From an uncultured virus (IMG/VR IMGVR_UViG_2597490189_000005) (lineage: Duplodnaviria > Heunggongvirae > Uroviricota > Caudoviricetes): 20,000 nt of DNA. Positions 1 through 9,609 of the stretch are shown in pieces. Under the pieces are notes generated by a model. That model was given only the letters and a program-made list of their open reading frames with translations, searched no databases and was not told the origin of the DNA. The translations under genes were made by a program, and so were the position numbers. The stretch is taken from IMG/VR virus record IMGVR_UViG_2597490189_000005. One strand, written 5' to 3'. Positions within the stretch are counted from its first letter, which is position 1. Each line of letters starts with the position of its first letter.

Positions 1-79
1 AAAATCCTCTTCTGTTTATAATATAGTTCAACACAATGGCGAACTCATATAGTTTACAAGTAAAACACCTTGATAGCAA

Positions 80-817
80 TCAAGCCCCATACTGCGTCGT
101 ACTTGGAAAGCCTCCAAACGGTAAAATGGCGTTAGCCCCGAATCTCAGCTTGCAACCACGCAAACAGTGAGAGCAAGCATCTTTTTTCGGATCGGTTGTC
201 GGATTATCTTTTTCATCGGCAACCGGTCCGCCTGTGTAGCCACACTCCGCAGAACGATATGGCCAAATGCAAGTATCAGACGTAATCATCAGCAACGGAA
301 TACGTGCATTATCTGTTTCTGCGGGTAAAGCCAGCTCAAAGGTCGCCACTTCATCATTGAGGATTTTTAGCTGTTCAATAATGAATAAACTGACACTTTC
401 CTGTGTCGGATCGGCTTGTGAGTTTCGTCCGTTAGGAAAATTGCGAGCATCAAGGAATTGAGCATAGACTAAACGACGTGTCACTTTCGCCCCAATCCCT
501 TGTCCGAAATCTGCGGCTAAAGCGGTGACAATGCCGTACAGGTTTGAGATTGTTAAAGTCGGTCGGTTACTCGGCCCTTGACCGCTAATCTCAAAACCGT
601 CCGCATTAATTGGATAGGCTTGGTACTCGTTACCTTGCCACCAAACATTCTGCTGACCTTGATTTAAGCCATTGTGAAAGCGTAACAACTCCCCTTTTCG
701 TGTTTGGTCGCTATTACTGCTGATATGCCTTAAATCAATTTCCCACAGTTCAATCAAGGCATTTTGTTCAAGTTTTGGCAGTTCGTTTGCCATTTTTTGG
801 GGTAGGGATTTTGGCAT
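80..817 (-). CDS. Phage minor tail protein L (lambda gpL-like tail tip protein)
   Basis: 245 aa; LIELWEIDL start, WQGNEYQAYPI..GFE..GQG..NRPTLTISNL, KVTRRLVYAQFLDARNF and a C-terminal Cys cluster typical of gpL; follows the tape measure gene. Confidence 0.92.
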   Translation of the reverse strand: MPKSLPQKMANELPKLEQNALIELWEIDLRHISSNSDQTRKGELLRFHNGLNQGQQNVWWQGNEYQAYPINADGFEISGQGPSNRPTLTISNLYGIVTALAADFGQGIGAKVTRRLVYAQFLDARNFPNGRNSQADPTQESVSLFIIEQLKILNDEVATFELALPAETDNARIPLLMITSDTCIWPYRSAECGYTGGPVADEKDNPTTDPKKDACSHCLRGCKLRFGANAILPFGGFPSTTQYGA

Positions 818-826
818 TACATACTC

Positions 827-3800
827 CTATCGTCTAAATTGACCACCCGCACGAGCGAAATTATTGGTGATCGCATTCTGACTTTCTTCTCTTGCGATTC
901 CTCTCATTGTTTTTAACAATTCCACTGTGATGTGAGTTCCATCTGGCGTTTCTTCTTGAGAAACTTTGGCATCTACCGCATTACCATTGTTGATGATTTG
1001 AACATTTACAGATGATTTACCCGATGCTTGATTTCGGTTTCCTTGATTTGCTAAAAAGGCTTTTAAATCTTGGTTAGTACGACTATCAACAACTCGCTCA
1101 CCACGATCAAGCAACCACGTTCCTTCTTTTGGTATGCTATCAATACCAGAGTGAGCCATTACCGCTTAATGAAACAGATTGAATAGTGGAAATAATGCTT
1201 GCAGTTTCAGATGCTACTGTTGCCATCGCTGCAATATTTGCAGGGAATGGCTGAGCAGCTGCATTGGCAATACCTTGCTGTATTTTCATAATACTGTCCG
1301 CAATTGCAAATGCTTTTGACATCGCAAACATTGTTTTGTAAATATCTGATTGTTCTTGCCCTGCGTTACGCATTACCCCAAGCATTGTATCAATTGCTCC
1401 GCCAAAACCAGAGATACTACTCATAAACAGATTTTGCGTATCTTGTGTAGCTTTGTTGTCGATTTGTGCTTTTGCATTTACAAAATCTTGGTATTGAATT
1501 AATTCCTGATCGTACAATGATTGTAATTCAGCTAACTTTGAGGTTTGCTGATTTTGGATGGCTTGCGTTGGATCGAATTCAGCTTTCCAGCGGTCATATT
1601 CACTCACTGCATTTTGCCCAGCTAATTGTGCCTGTTTATTTCCCGCATCCCAAGTGGCGTTTTCTGTGGCTTTTTTCGCTTGGTCATGAGTTAAACGCCC
1701 TGCCGCATTAAGTCGTTGAATATCTTGTAAATGCTCTTTTAGCTCGCGTGCATATTGCAACTCAGGGGCGAACTGTTCTGCTAATTTTGCACGTTCATTG
1801 GCAAAACGTTGTGAAATCGCCAATTTTGCTGACTCATATTCTTCGTGTGAAACTACCCCTTTTTTCATATGTTCTTCCAAGCGTTGGAGCATTCGTTGTT
1901 GCTCTGCATCAATTTCTTCAAGGCTCGAACGGCTGTGTTTGCGGATCTCATCGTAAAAGGAAAGCCAGCTATCACGGGCATTTTCACCGCCACCTCGACT
2001 GCCACGTAAACTCTGATTAATGCTTTCTGTTTGAGCTTGATCTTTGAACATCCCTTGTAATACTTGCTTGCCTTCAATCAGCTTATTCAAGGTTTCGATA
2101 GATAAATCAATGCTTTTATCCGCTGCATTAGCTGCGGTAATCGTACCGTTGGCAATATCAATTAGCACTTGGTTATATTCAGCCCCCTTTTCCCCAAGTA
2201 ATTCATATAAGCCTGCTAAAACAAAAGCGGATTCTGCTTGTCCTTGCTGTTTCAATTTTGCCACTTCAAGATTTTGAGCCACCGTCAAAGAGCGCTCTTT
2301 TAGTTTCTTAAACGCCTCATCTAGCTCTAAATTGGCTTTTACGCCACCTTGAGCCGCCTCTTTCTGCTGTTTTATTGTGTTACTTAAACTGGCAATAACA
2401 CCATCTGCTGTATTGGCATCGATACCTAGATTTTTCATTTTGGTACGAAAATCATCAATGCTTTTTCCATTTGACAAAAACACACCACCAAGAGCGGTTA
2501 ATTGGTTGCTTAAAACTGAAAGATCGATATTTTTATTTTCCCGAATTCTTTCTAATTCCGCGTTTAATTTTTCAAGATCTTGCTTGGAACTTTCAGACAG
2601 TTCCAAACCAAATTGCCACGCACTTGTTTGAATTTGAGAGATTTCCGCCCGCACTTTGGAAATTTGCTCGCTATAATTTTCCATTGCTTGAGTTTGCTCA
2701 ATAATCTTCAAAGTCAGTGCGCTTTCGCTTAAGCCGTCATAACTTTCTTTTAAACGGTTATTCGCACTCTCGGTATCTAACGCTGCCTCTTTTGCCTCTT
2801 GCGCTTTTTGGGTGAAATAAAACAACGCACCCGCAGCAATAGTTGCCGCCCCAGCTGGGCCACCAATAAGACCTAATGCGCCACTTAATAAATTTTTTGC
2901 CCCTGCGGCGGCGTTACTTGCAATAGACGCGCGTTGAGACGCTGTCGCAAGGTTATTCATTGCAACCGCCTCCGCATTAATAAGCCCCGTAATAACTTGT
3001 GCTTGTTGAGCCATTTTAGCCTCAATCGCTGCTCTAGCTTTCTTGGTTCGTGCTAATTGCATTTCTGAATTCAACAAATTCATTTTGGCTTGTGCAGCTG
3101 CTAATTCTGCCGCTGCTTGGGTTTGTGTGGCTTTCGCAGCGATTAAACTCGCTTGCGCTTGTCTGTGTGTTTCCACTCGAGCAAGAACCAACGTTGAAAT
3201 AAACTTAGCCCCATTGCCAGCTGCAATTGCCAAAAGCACACCGGCTAAATACTCAAAATTCTGTGCAAGAAAAGAAATACCTGCCGCTAAGTTTTCTGTA
3301 ATACCTAAAGTGCGGTTTTGTTCATCCGCAAATTTCATAAAGGCATTTTCCATTTGTTGCATTGCGCCACCAAAGGACAACGGCATTTGCTCAAATTTTT
3401 GGTTAATTTTTTCCGTTGAACCGTTAAACGCTTCAAAAATTAATTTAGATGTTAATTGTCCTTCCCCTGCTAATTTTTTCACTTCCGCACGGCTTTTCCC
3501 CATATATTCTGCAAGCACATCAAGAATAATCGGAGCAGATTCCGCAATGGTTTTAAATTCATCGCCTTGTAATTGCCCTGAACCTAAGGCTTGCGACAAC
3601 TGAAATAATGCACTTGCTTGAGCCTCAGCACTCACACCACCAACAGCCATTGCTTTATTCATTGTTTCAGTAAATTGCAGAATATCTTTTTGCGCATAAC
3701 CATAATCTTTTAACGCACGAGCTGAGCGGGTATAAAGCGTTGTTGTTGCCTCTAAACTTCCCCTTGTACGTTGGGCAATCTCAAATAATTCCTTTTGCAC

Positions 3801-4067
3801 TTGGTTCATTTCAGTCATAGAACTTGTCACAAACTGCACTTGATTGCGTAAAGACTGCATTTTGTCCGCCAGCGCTAAGAGGTGAGAAATCCCACCGCCT
3901 ATTCCAGATAAAGCCAATAACGCCTGTAAACGCCCAAAGCATTTATTTAATTGTTCAGTGGCGGTTTCTGTTCTTTTTGCGGCGCGTTCTACATTGTTTA
4001 AATCACGAGCAGACTTATCCGCACCGCTTGTGGTGACTTTAATGGCTAATGTTGCTAAATCTGTCAT
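827..4067 (-). pseudogene. Tail tape measure protein split by a 1-bp insertion near 1159-1160 (ORFs 1140..4067 and 827..1159; about 1079 aa if repaired)
   Basis: Ala-rich helical protein with tape-measure motif ALFQLSQALGSGQLQGDEF; removing one A from GGT-A-ATG-GCT gives continuous ...SVSLSG-MAHSGIDSIPKEGTWLLDRGERVV, a typical tape-measure C-terminus. Confidence 0.85.
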
Positions 4068-4080
4068 TTTTCCTACCTCA

Positions 4081-4118
4081 AAAATAAAACCGCTTGCATC
4101 TCATGACACAAGCGGTTT
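4081..4118 (-). terminator. Intrinsic terminator built from an inverted uptake-sequence pair
   Basis: aaaccgcttg...caagcggttt inverted repeat followed by TTTTATTTTT on the minus strand; ACAAGCGGT at 4108-4116. Confidence 0.7.
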
Positions 4119-4141
4119 GATATTGATATTTTTTGCAAAAT

Positions 4142-4402
4142 CTATTTAATGATTACATGCTTTACCTGATTTTTCTCAGCGTCTTTTTGCTGTTGAATTT
4201 CCAGCTCTTTCTTTAATCGATCTAAATAGACTTTATTTTTATAAAGCCCAAATGCAACAGAGCCAATCAGGGTGACGGATAGACCAAAAATCGTGGCATA
4301 AAAGAGCGTAATATCTTGAGCAAAAGCCCCTAATACGAAAAATATAACCCAACTCATCAGCCAACCGATGAAAACGGCTTTTACACAGGAAAATAAGAAC
4401 AT
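4142..4402 (-). CDS. Small two-TM membrane protein (moron, 86 aa; possible superinfection exclusion)
   Basis: AAGGAG RBS upstream of ATG at 4402 (MFLFSCVKAV...); two hydrophobic segments and a charged C-terminal tail; has its own promoter and terminator. Confidence 0.75.
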   Translation of the reverse strand: MFLFSCVKAVFIGWLMSWVIFFVLGAFAQDITLFYATIFGLSVTLIGSVAFGLYKNKVYLDRLKKELEIQQQKDAEKNQVKHVIIK

Positions 4403-4421
4403 ATGCGACTCCTTTTTTTGA

Positions 4422-4450
4422 AATCTAACACTACACCGATTAAATTTCAA
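4422..4450 (-). promoter_or_regulatory. sigma70-type promoter of the membrane moron
   Basis: TTGAAA (4450-4445), 17-nt spacer, TAGATT (4427-4422), with an extended -10 TG. Confidence 0.6.
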
Positions 4451-4455
4451 CAAAT

Positions 4456-4782
4456 TTACGCTACCACTTCCCTAAATTGAGCTGAAAGCGTCCAAAAGCC
4501 TTGTTGTTGGTTTGTTTTCCATTCGTCACAACGAAATTTTCCTTGTGTTGAACTGTTCGGAGTCCATAAAAACGATTTATACCCACCGTGTCTATCTAAA
4601 AATGCGTCTATTTGCTTAATACGCTCTTCTGTGCCACTAAAAGAAATATCATAAATGCGGAGATTGTGATTTAATCCTTTGGGTGCTACTTGCTCGTAAC
4701 CATTACCAAACTTAAGTTTCATCACCTCAGGTTTTTTCGTGAGTTGCATTCCCCAATCGGGATTAAAGTTAAAGGTTTCCAC
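4456..4782 (-). CDS. Phage minor tail protein (lambda gpM-like)
   Basis: GGAG RBS and GTG start at 4782, 108 aa; KFGNGYEQ..PKGLN and IDAFLDRHGGYKSFLWTP motifs. Confidence 0.88.
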   Translation of the reverse strand: METFNFNPDWGMQLTKKPEVMKLKFGNGYEQVAPKGLNHNLRIYDISFSGTEERIKQIDAFLDRHGGYKSFLWTPNSSTQGKFRCDEWKTNQQQGFWTLSAQFREVVA

Positions 4783-4783
4783 A

Positions 4784-5149
4784 CTAAATCTCCGTATTTT
4801 GTACATTCAGGAAAATCACATCAAGCTGTTTAATTACCTTGATTTCCCATACTGCTAACTCTATCTGAAGCAGTCTATTCCACGCCTCAATCTCAGCATA
4901 AGTAATAGGACAAAGCCCCATACCTGACTGTCGAGAAAGAGATAGCTCATAGAAAAAACCCAGCAGATAACTTATCGCTGGGCTAATTTCGATATTCTCA
5001 AGCTCTTCAGGAACACTACCAGTCTGCTCTTGAATAGCCAAAAGATGTTCTCGCAAGGTGCAATCAGAATCCTTTGGCTTTTTGTCTAATTCAAATTCTT
5101 TTTTAGCGTATGCCAACAAATCATCAATTAGCTCTTCAAGAACTTTCCC
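4784..5149 (-). CDS. Tail assembly chaperone C-terminal extension (gpT-like), expressed by -1 frameshift
   Basis: The -1 frame is open from the slippery site through ORF 4784..5119 (...LGK/VLEELIDDLLAYAKK...); LSRQSGMGLCPITYAEIEAW motif. Confidence 0.8.
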   Translation of the reverse strand, partial: GKVLEELIDDLLAYAKKEFELDKKPKDSDCTLREHLLAIQEQTGSVPEELENIEISPAISYLLGFFYELSLSRQSGMGLCPITYAEIEAWNRLLQIELAVWEIKVIKQLDVIFLNVQNTEI

Positions 5150-5532
5150 AAATCGTTAGAATGTTCAAGGACTTGTTCAATAATCCAATCACATTCCGTT
5201 AATAACATTCGGGCGTTTTCTTCCGTGAATGGCAGTTCTTTTTTGTCGCCAAATTCCACATTTTCCCAACCAACCATACGATTTAATGCTAACTCGATAC
5301 TTTCTTGTTTGATTTCATCAAATTCCTTAAATTTAGGGTGGCGAGAACGAGCATTTTCCAATTCGCGTTTTTGCTCTTTGCGTAATTGTTTTGCAAAGAA
5401 CTTTTGAGCTTGATCTGATTTTGCGCTCACTACACTAATAAATGCTCCCAATCCTTCACCCGTTACAGGATGAACAAGTTCAAAGCGATGTGAGTCTGAA
5501 ATATTCTCTTTGGCAAGGTTTTTTAAGTTCAT
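5128..5532 (-). CDS. Tail assembly chaperone (gpG-like)
   Basis: 134 aa directly after the tail tube gene; HPVTGE and GWENV motifs; ends in a slippery heptamer. Confidence 0.85.
   Translation of the reverse strand: MNLKNLAKENISDSHRFELVHPVTGEGLGAFISVVSAKSDQAQKFFAKQLRKEQKRELENARSRHPKFKEFDEIKQESIELALNRMVGWENVEFGDKKELPFTEENARMLLTECDWIIEQVLEHSNDLGKFLKS
5143..5149 (-). promoter_or_regulatory. Programmed -1 ribosomal frameshift heptamer G GGA AAG
   Basis: Identical to the lambda G/T slippery sequence and correctly phased (TTG GGA AAG). Confidence 0.88.
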
Positions 5533-5551
5533 TTTTTGTTCCTTATAAACG

Positions 5552-5618
5552 AAAAAACCGCCAATAAAGGCGGTTTAGGTAAAATTTAGGTATAAAAAAA
5601 GCTCCGTTTAAGGAGCTT
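5552..5618 (-). terminator. Tandem intrinsic terminators after the tail tube gene
   Basis: Hairpins aagctcc/ggagctt (5599-5618) and aaaccgcc/ggcggttt (5555-5576), each followed by a T-run on the minus strand. Confidence 0.75.
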
Positions 5619-5626
5619 GGTTAAGG

Positions 5627-6631
5627 TTAGGCGAGTGTGTCTTGTACAATCATTGTGGTTGCTTTTTTCAAGCTATCATCAATGGTGCTTTGTGCATCAA
5701 AAACAGCGGGAAACGCATCATAATTCAGGGTTTGAATTAAGTTATCGCCACTGTTGACTTCGGATGAAGTGAGTTTCACGCCAGGTAAAATTAACGTAAC
5801 ATAATCTGAGTTGGTTTCACTTTCAGCATCCATTCGTAAGGCAAGTGAAAGGGATGTGCCATTTCTAACCGCTTGCCACATCTTTTTATCTTTCAAGTAA
5901 GTAGAAAACGAACCACTGACTTTGACTGTGCCAATAAACACATCAGGGGCGTAAGTTGCACCTAAAACAGGCTCACTGCTTGCACCGAGATCGATGTCAA
6001 TCTTAAAACCTGTCACAAAACCGACTTCCGCTTTATTGAGTAACAGTTTTCCTTTTACCCCTGCCAATTTTCCTGATTGAGCAATCGGGGTAGGATTGGT
6101 AAAGTAAGTGGCTTGTAGCTCTTCACTTTTTTGCCCTAAGAATGAAACGGTGACAGAGGAAATGCCGTTAGGCTGAACATCAATGCTCATCTTAGAAACA
6201 CGACAACCGGTATAAACACGGTTTACGTTAATATCTTGGAAAATCTCTTCAATGGTGAATGAGTCCGTGGTGTGATTGGTTTCAGGCACAATGAGAATTT
6301 TTCCGTTTTTCTCGCTGGTACCATTTGACGTTTTCTTAATAATCGGGGCTTTAGCCTCTGCGGTAAATGCACCACGCAGAACCGCAGCAAAGAACTGCGA
6401 CCACTGCCCAGCCGATAGTTCACCTTTAATGTCGCCTTCGACCTTTTCAAAACCGACAATAGAGGCGGAACGTTGTAAATCAGAACGAATTTCTTCTGAT
6501 TGGAACGATTCAAAATTGGCATTTAAGGATGTTTCAATGCGTGGAATGATCTTGGCTCCCGTTTTCTCAGCTTTTGTGCCAAAAACGGATTCCTTGCTGA
6601 TAACCAGTGTTCTTTTGACTTCTTGAGCCAT
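5627..6631 (-). CDS. Major tail (tube) protein
   Basis: 334 aa between tail completion and chaperone genes; SEEIRSD, DSFTIEE..DI...YTGCRVSKMSI motifs. Confidence 0.85.
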   Translation of the reverse strand: MAQEVKRTLVISKESVFGTKAEKTGAKIIPRIETSLNANFESFQSEEIRSDLQRSASIVGFEKVEGDIKGELSAGQWSQFFAAVLRGAFTAEAKAPIIKKTSNGTSEKNGKILIVPETNHTTDSFTIEEIFQDINVNRVYTGCRVSKMSIDVQPNGISSVTVSFLGQKSEELQATYFTNPTPIAQSGKLAGVKGKLLLNKAEVGFVTGFKIDIDLGASSEPVLGATYAPDVFIGTVKVSGSFSTYLKDKKMWQAVRNGTSLSLALRMDAESETNSDYVTLILPGVKLTSSEVNSGDNLIQTLNYDAFPAVFDAQSTIDDSLKKATTMIVQDTLA

Positions 6632-6633
6632 AG

Positions 6634-7035
6634 TTACTCCTTATTCAGCTCGTAGGCTGTGTAATGGATTGTGATAGGTAAAGCCAACTTATCATCATTT
6701 AAAAAAATACCGCCAATAGTGGGCGGTTGAGAGATAACAACTTGAACATTCTCTTCAATGATAGATTGACCGTAAAAATGATTGCGGATGAGCTCCGCTC
6801 TTTCTTCGATAGCGTGCGTGCCATTGCCATTTGGATAGAACAAGGTCACCTGTAAAAACCCTGTTTCAACAGAAAGCGGTTTATCAGAAATGCTTGCTGT
6901 ATCACTGGTTGTTACAGAAAGAAAAACCGCTTGATAAGGCAAACTCACTTTATTGTTTACCCCCTCCCAAGCGGTACTAAACTTGCCTAATTCCGTTAGT
7001 TGCGTTTGTAGAATGGATCGAATGATTTTTTTCAT
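6634..7035 (-). CDS. Tail terminator/completion protein
   Basis: 133 aa from ATG at 7035, overlapping the upstream TAA; GFLQVTLFYP.G.G motif; lies before the tail tube gene. Confidence 0.7.
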   Translation of the reverse strand: MKKIIRSILQTQLTELGKFSTAWEGVNNKVSLPYQAVFLSVTTSDTASISDKPLSVETGFLQVTLFYPNGNGTHAIEERAELIRNHFYGQSIIEENVQVVISQPPTIGGIFLNDDKLALPITIHYTAYELNKE

Positions 7036-7448
7036 TACCAAAGCCCTAATGTTGGATTTCTAGCTAAATATGCTTTTAGCTCTTTAACGGTTATCCGAAC
7101 CATACCTTGAGGAGCTTGGATAGAATAACCATTCTTCGTTTTCCCTGATGGATTTTTCGGAGGATTAGGATAAAGCCCATATTCCAACGCAGGGGCATAA
7201 GGCAAGTTAGTTGCAATATAAATCACATCGCCAAATTTCGCCTTGGCAATATGTTCATTTGAGCCATTAAAATTCGGGGGTAAAGCTGAGACAGACACAG
7301 TCCAACTTCGTCTTAACGCCCCTGTATCAACAGGCGATTTCGCTTGCACTTTCGCAAAAGCCTCTAACGCTACTTTACGAATGACTAAGTTTTTCCGTTG
7401 CTCAATCTGCTCAATTTGTTGCTGAATTTGTGCAATAAAACTACTCAT
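7035..7448 (-). CDS. HK97 gp10-like neck/tail completion protein
   Basis: SPVDTGALRRSW and NLPYAPALEYG motifs; ATG at 7448 overlaps the upstream TGA. Confidence 0.88.
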   Translation of the reverse strand: MSSFIAQIQQQIEQIEQRKNLVIRKVALEAFAKVQAKSPVDTGALRRSWTVSVSALPPNFNGSNEHIAKAKFGDVIYIATNLPYAPALEYGLYPNPPKNPSGKTKNGYSIQAPQGMVRITVKELKAYLARNPTLGLW

Positions 7449-7795
7449 TGTTTTCTCCCTTGGCATTGATAAAGCATTGCTACACTAGCAGGTTTTATCG
7501 GCTGAACGGCAATAATGCTCCACACCTCGCCATTCACTTCAACCGCTGAGCCGACTTCTGCTTTTTCTGTCAGATAAATCACCACGTCGCCTTGCTGTAC
7601 CGTTGCAAATTCTCGGTTTACTGAAAAATCATAAGCCAGATTATCAAAAAGACAGTAAGCATTCTGTTTCCTGATCTCAGTTTGCATTTTTCCCGTGGCT
7701 GGATCGTATTGCCCAGATATTTGTGTTTTAATCAAACAAGGCGAACCAAACTTCTGAATTAACTGCTTGGAGATTTGCTTTAATTTGCCGTACAA
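7445..7795 (-). CDS. Head-tail joining (head closure-type) protein
   Basis: 116 aa, TTG start, GQYDPATG motif; syntenic position. Confidence 0.65.
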   Translation of the reverse strand: MYGKLKQISKQLIQKFGSPCLIKTQISGQYDPATGKMQTEIRKQNAYCLFDNLAYDFSVNREFATVQQGDVVIYLTEKAEVGSAVEVNGEVWSIIAVQPIKPASVAMLYQCQGRKQ

Positions 7796-7796
7796 G

Positions 7797-8258
7797 TTAC
7801 CCCCTTAACAAGGACACATTGTTAGTAGATGATGAATTTAAAAAGCGAGAAAGCAAGGTTTTGACATACTCAAACCGATTGCTACTACCACTGATAGTCG
7901 CTTGATTTTCGTAATTGACAGAAACAGGCCCTACTTTCACGCTTGCCATCTTCTGTTCTGGGTTCTGATTTAGATCAGACTGCAATGCTAATTCGCAAAC
8001 CGCATATTTCACTTGTAACGGAATTTCGCTACTCTCTTGACTACTTTCTTGACGTGGAAATTGTCTGATTTGTGTTGGGTCTACTTTCTCTCCCACAAAA
8101 CGATAATTGTGATCGAGAAAATCTGATGCACTAACTAAGCGACGAGCTTTTTGTTCATCATCAAGTTCATTCCACGCCTCAAAACTAGCTCTCAATTGAT
8201 GGTAGCCATTTGCCTCTTCAAGAGAAACATAACTATCCGTTGGTACGTTCAGGGTCAT
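7797..8258 (-). CDS. Head-tail adaptor (family often labelled DnaT-like ssDNA-binding)
   Basis: DSYVSLEEANGYH, Q..QFPR, IP.QVKYAVCELAL and KVGPVSVNY motifs. Confidence 0.75.
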   Translation of the reverse strand: MTLNVPTDSYVSLEEANGYHQLRASFEAWNELDDEQKARRLVSASDFLDHNYRFVGEKVDPTQIRQFPRQESSQESSEIPLQVKYAVCELALQSDLNQNPEQKMASVKVGPVSVNYENQATISGSSNRFEYVKTLLSRFLNSSSTNNVSLLRG

Positions 8259-8574
8259 TGTCGCCCCCTTTCGCTTGCTTTAATAACGCAATCAGCTCAT
8301 CTTTCTTCGCTCCTTGTGGAATTTCCACATTTAAGGCTTTAAGTGCGGTGGTTAATTCTGGCACGGTCATCTTGTCTAATGGTTTTTTATCAGATTGTTC
8401 ATCAACCCATTGAACCTTAACCCCTAAGGATTGATACGCTTGTGCAATCTTAGGAAAATCCCCATAAATCACCACATCGGTCACCTTACTTTCTGCTTTT
8501 TCAAAATACAGCGGATTTCGGTAATGTTTATGCGGTTCAAATCCTGTGGTTTGCGTTGTATAAATTAATTGCAT
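8233..8574 (-). CDS. Phage protein with C-terminal HeH/LEM-like domain
   Basis: DKMTVPELTTALKALNVEIPQGAKKDELIALL; AAGGAG RBS; directly after the capsid gene. Confidence 0.7.
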   Translation of the reverse strand: MQLIYTTQTTGFEPHKHYRNPLYFEKAESKVTDVVIYGDFPKIAQAYQSLGVKVQWVDEQSDKKPLDKMTVPELTTALKALNVEIPQGAKKDELIALLKQAKGGDNDPERTNG

Positions 8575-8594
8575 TGATTACTCCTTCTCAACAT

Positions 8595-8642
8595 AAAAAG
8601 CGGTACGATTTTGTTAATTTTTTGCAAAAACGCACCGCTTTT
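8595..8642 (-). terminator. Long hairpin terminator after the major capsid gene (uptake-sequence-like arms)
   Basis: aaaagcggt...accgctttt imperfect inverted repeat with a T-run. Confidence 0.6.
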
Positions 8643-8659
8643 ATATTCACTTAACTTAG

Positions 8660-9598
8660 TTAGCTTAATTCAATTAACACGCCAGCCGTATTTTTATTGC
8701 TGGTCGCATATTTTTGCCAACTTGCTTCCGTGCCAATGGTCGAAAGGTTAGGGTTCGCTCCCGCACTTTCTTTGTACGAATAACCTAAAACATCAAGGTT
8801 AAATGTGCCTTCCGCACGAATACCAATCGCTAAGTTTTCTTCACTGTTAATGTCATAAGCTCGGAAACCCGGTAATTGCGAATTCGTGATAGTAATTGCT
8901 CCGGCTTGTAAGCCTAAAATGGTGTTAGCTTTGGCTTTATCCGTTACTAACACAGGCTTGCCCATTGTTGCTGGTAAACCGCCATAAATAATCTGGTCTT
9001 CCGATTCAAATACTTTATTTGTAATTGCATCATCAATCAGATCAAAATAGACAGCAGAGTCCATCACCCATAAACCAATTCGCCCAAATTTATCCCCAAA
9101 CTTACGCATCCCTTTGGTCAATACTTTTTTGTGATCGGTTGCAATAGACGCCGAGGCTTTCATGTCAGTATTCGTCCCAATTGCCGCCATTGCACCAGCA
9201 GTCAAGTATTTAAAATAACCGTCTAATAATGCGTCCGCATAGTCTTGGCCAATAAGGATAGAAAACTCCTCCGTGCTTCTCGCTCGGCGTTTCATTGCCT
9301 CTTCCGTAATTGCATAAGGGCCGTATTTAAACGGAATTTTCACGCCAACCATTTCACCCATCGCAATGGTTTTATTCTCAACCGCGCCATTACTATTTAC
9401 ATCACGATGTTCTAAAGAACCACCGATTTTGTAAAAAGATTGTTTTCGAAAATCGCCTTGGATATTCTCATCTTGCAATAAAATGCAGCCGTTTGAAGCA
9501 GCATTAAATACATTAAGATTATCTTGAATACGCTCTAAATATGCAGTTTGAGCCAGTTCATTGTAGATAATCACATCTTTGTTTAAGCCTGTTGCCAT
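8660..9598 (-). CDS. Major capsid protein
   Basis: 312 aa after the scaffold gene; WVMDSAVYFDL and TMGKPVLVTD motifs typical of HK97-fold capsids; followed by a terminator. Confidence 0.85.
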   Translation of the reverse strand: MATGLNKDVIIYNELAQTAYLERIQDNLNVFNAASNGCILLQDENIQGDFRKQSFYKIGGSLEHRDVNSNGAVENKTIAMGEMVGVKIPFKYGPYAITEEAMKRRARSTEEFSILIGQDYADALLDGYFKYLTAGAMAAIGTNTDMKASASIATDHKKVLTKGMRKFGDKFGRIGLWVMDSAVYFDLIDDAITNKVFESEDQIIYGGLPATMGKPVLVTDKAKANTILGLQAGAITITNSQLPGFRAYDINSEENLAIGIRAEGTFNLDVLGYSYKESAGANPNLSTIGTEASWQKYATSNKNTAGVLIELS

Positions 9599-9609
9599 AA
9601 TGTTTTCCT

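Noticed and set aside
827..1159. Independent 110-aa tail gene
   Set aside because: No RBS; the sequence is the expected tape-measure C-terminus, restored by removing one base
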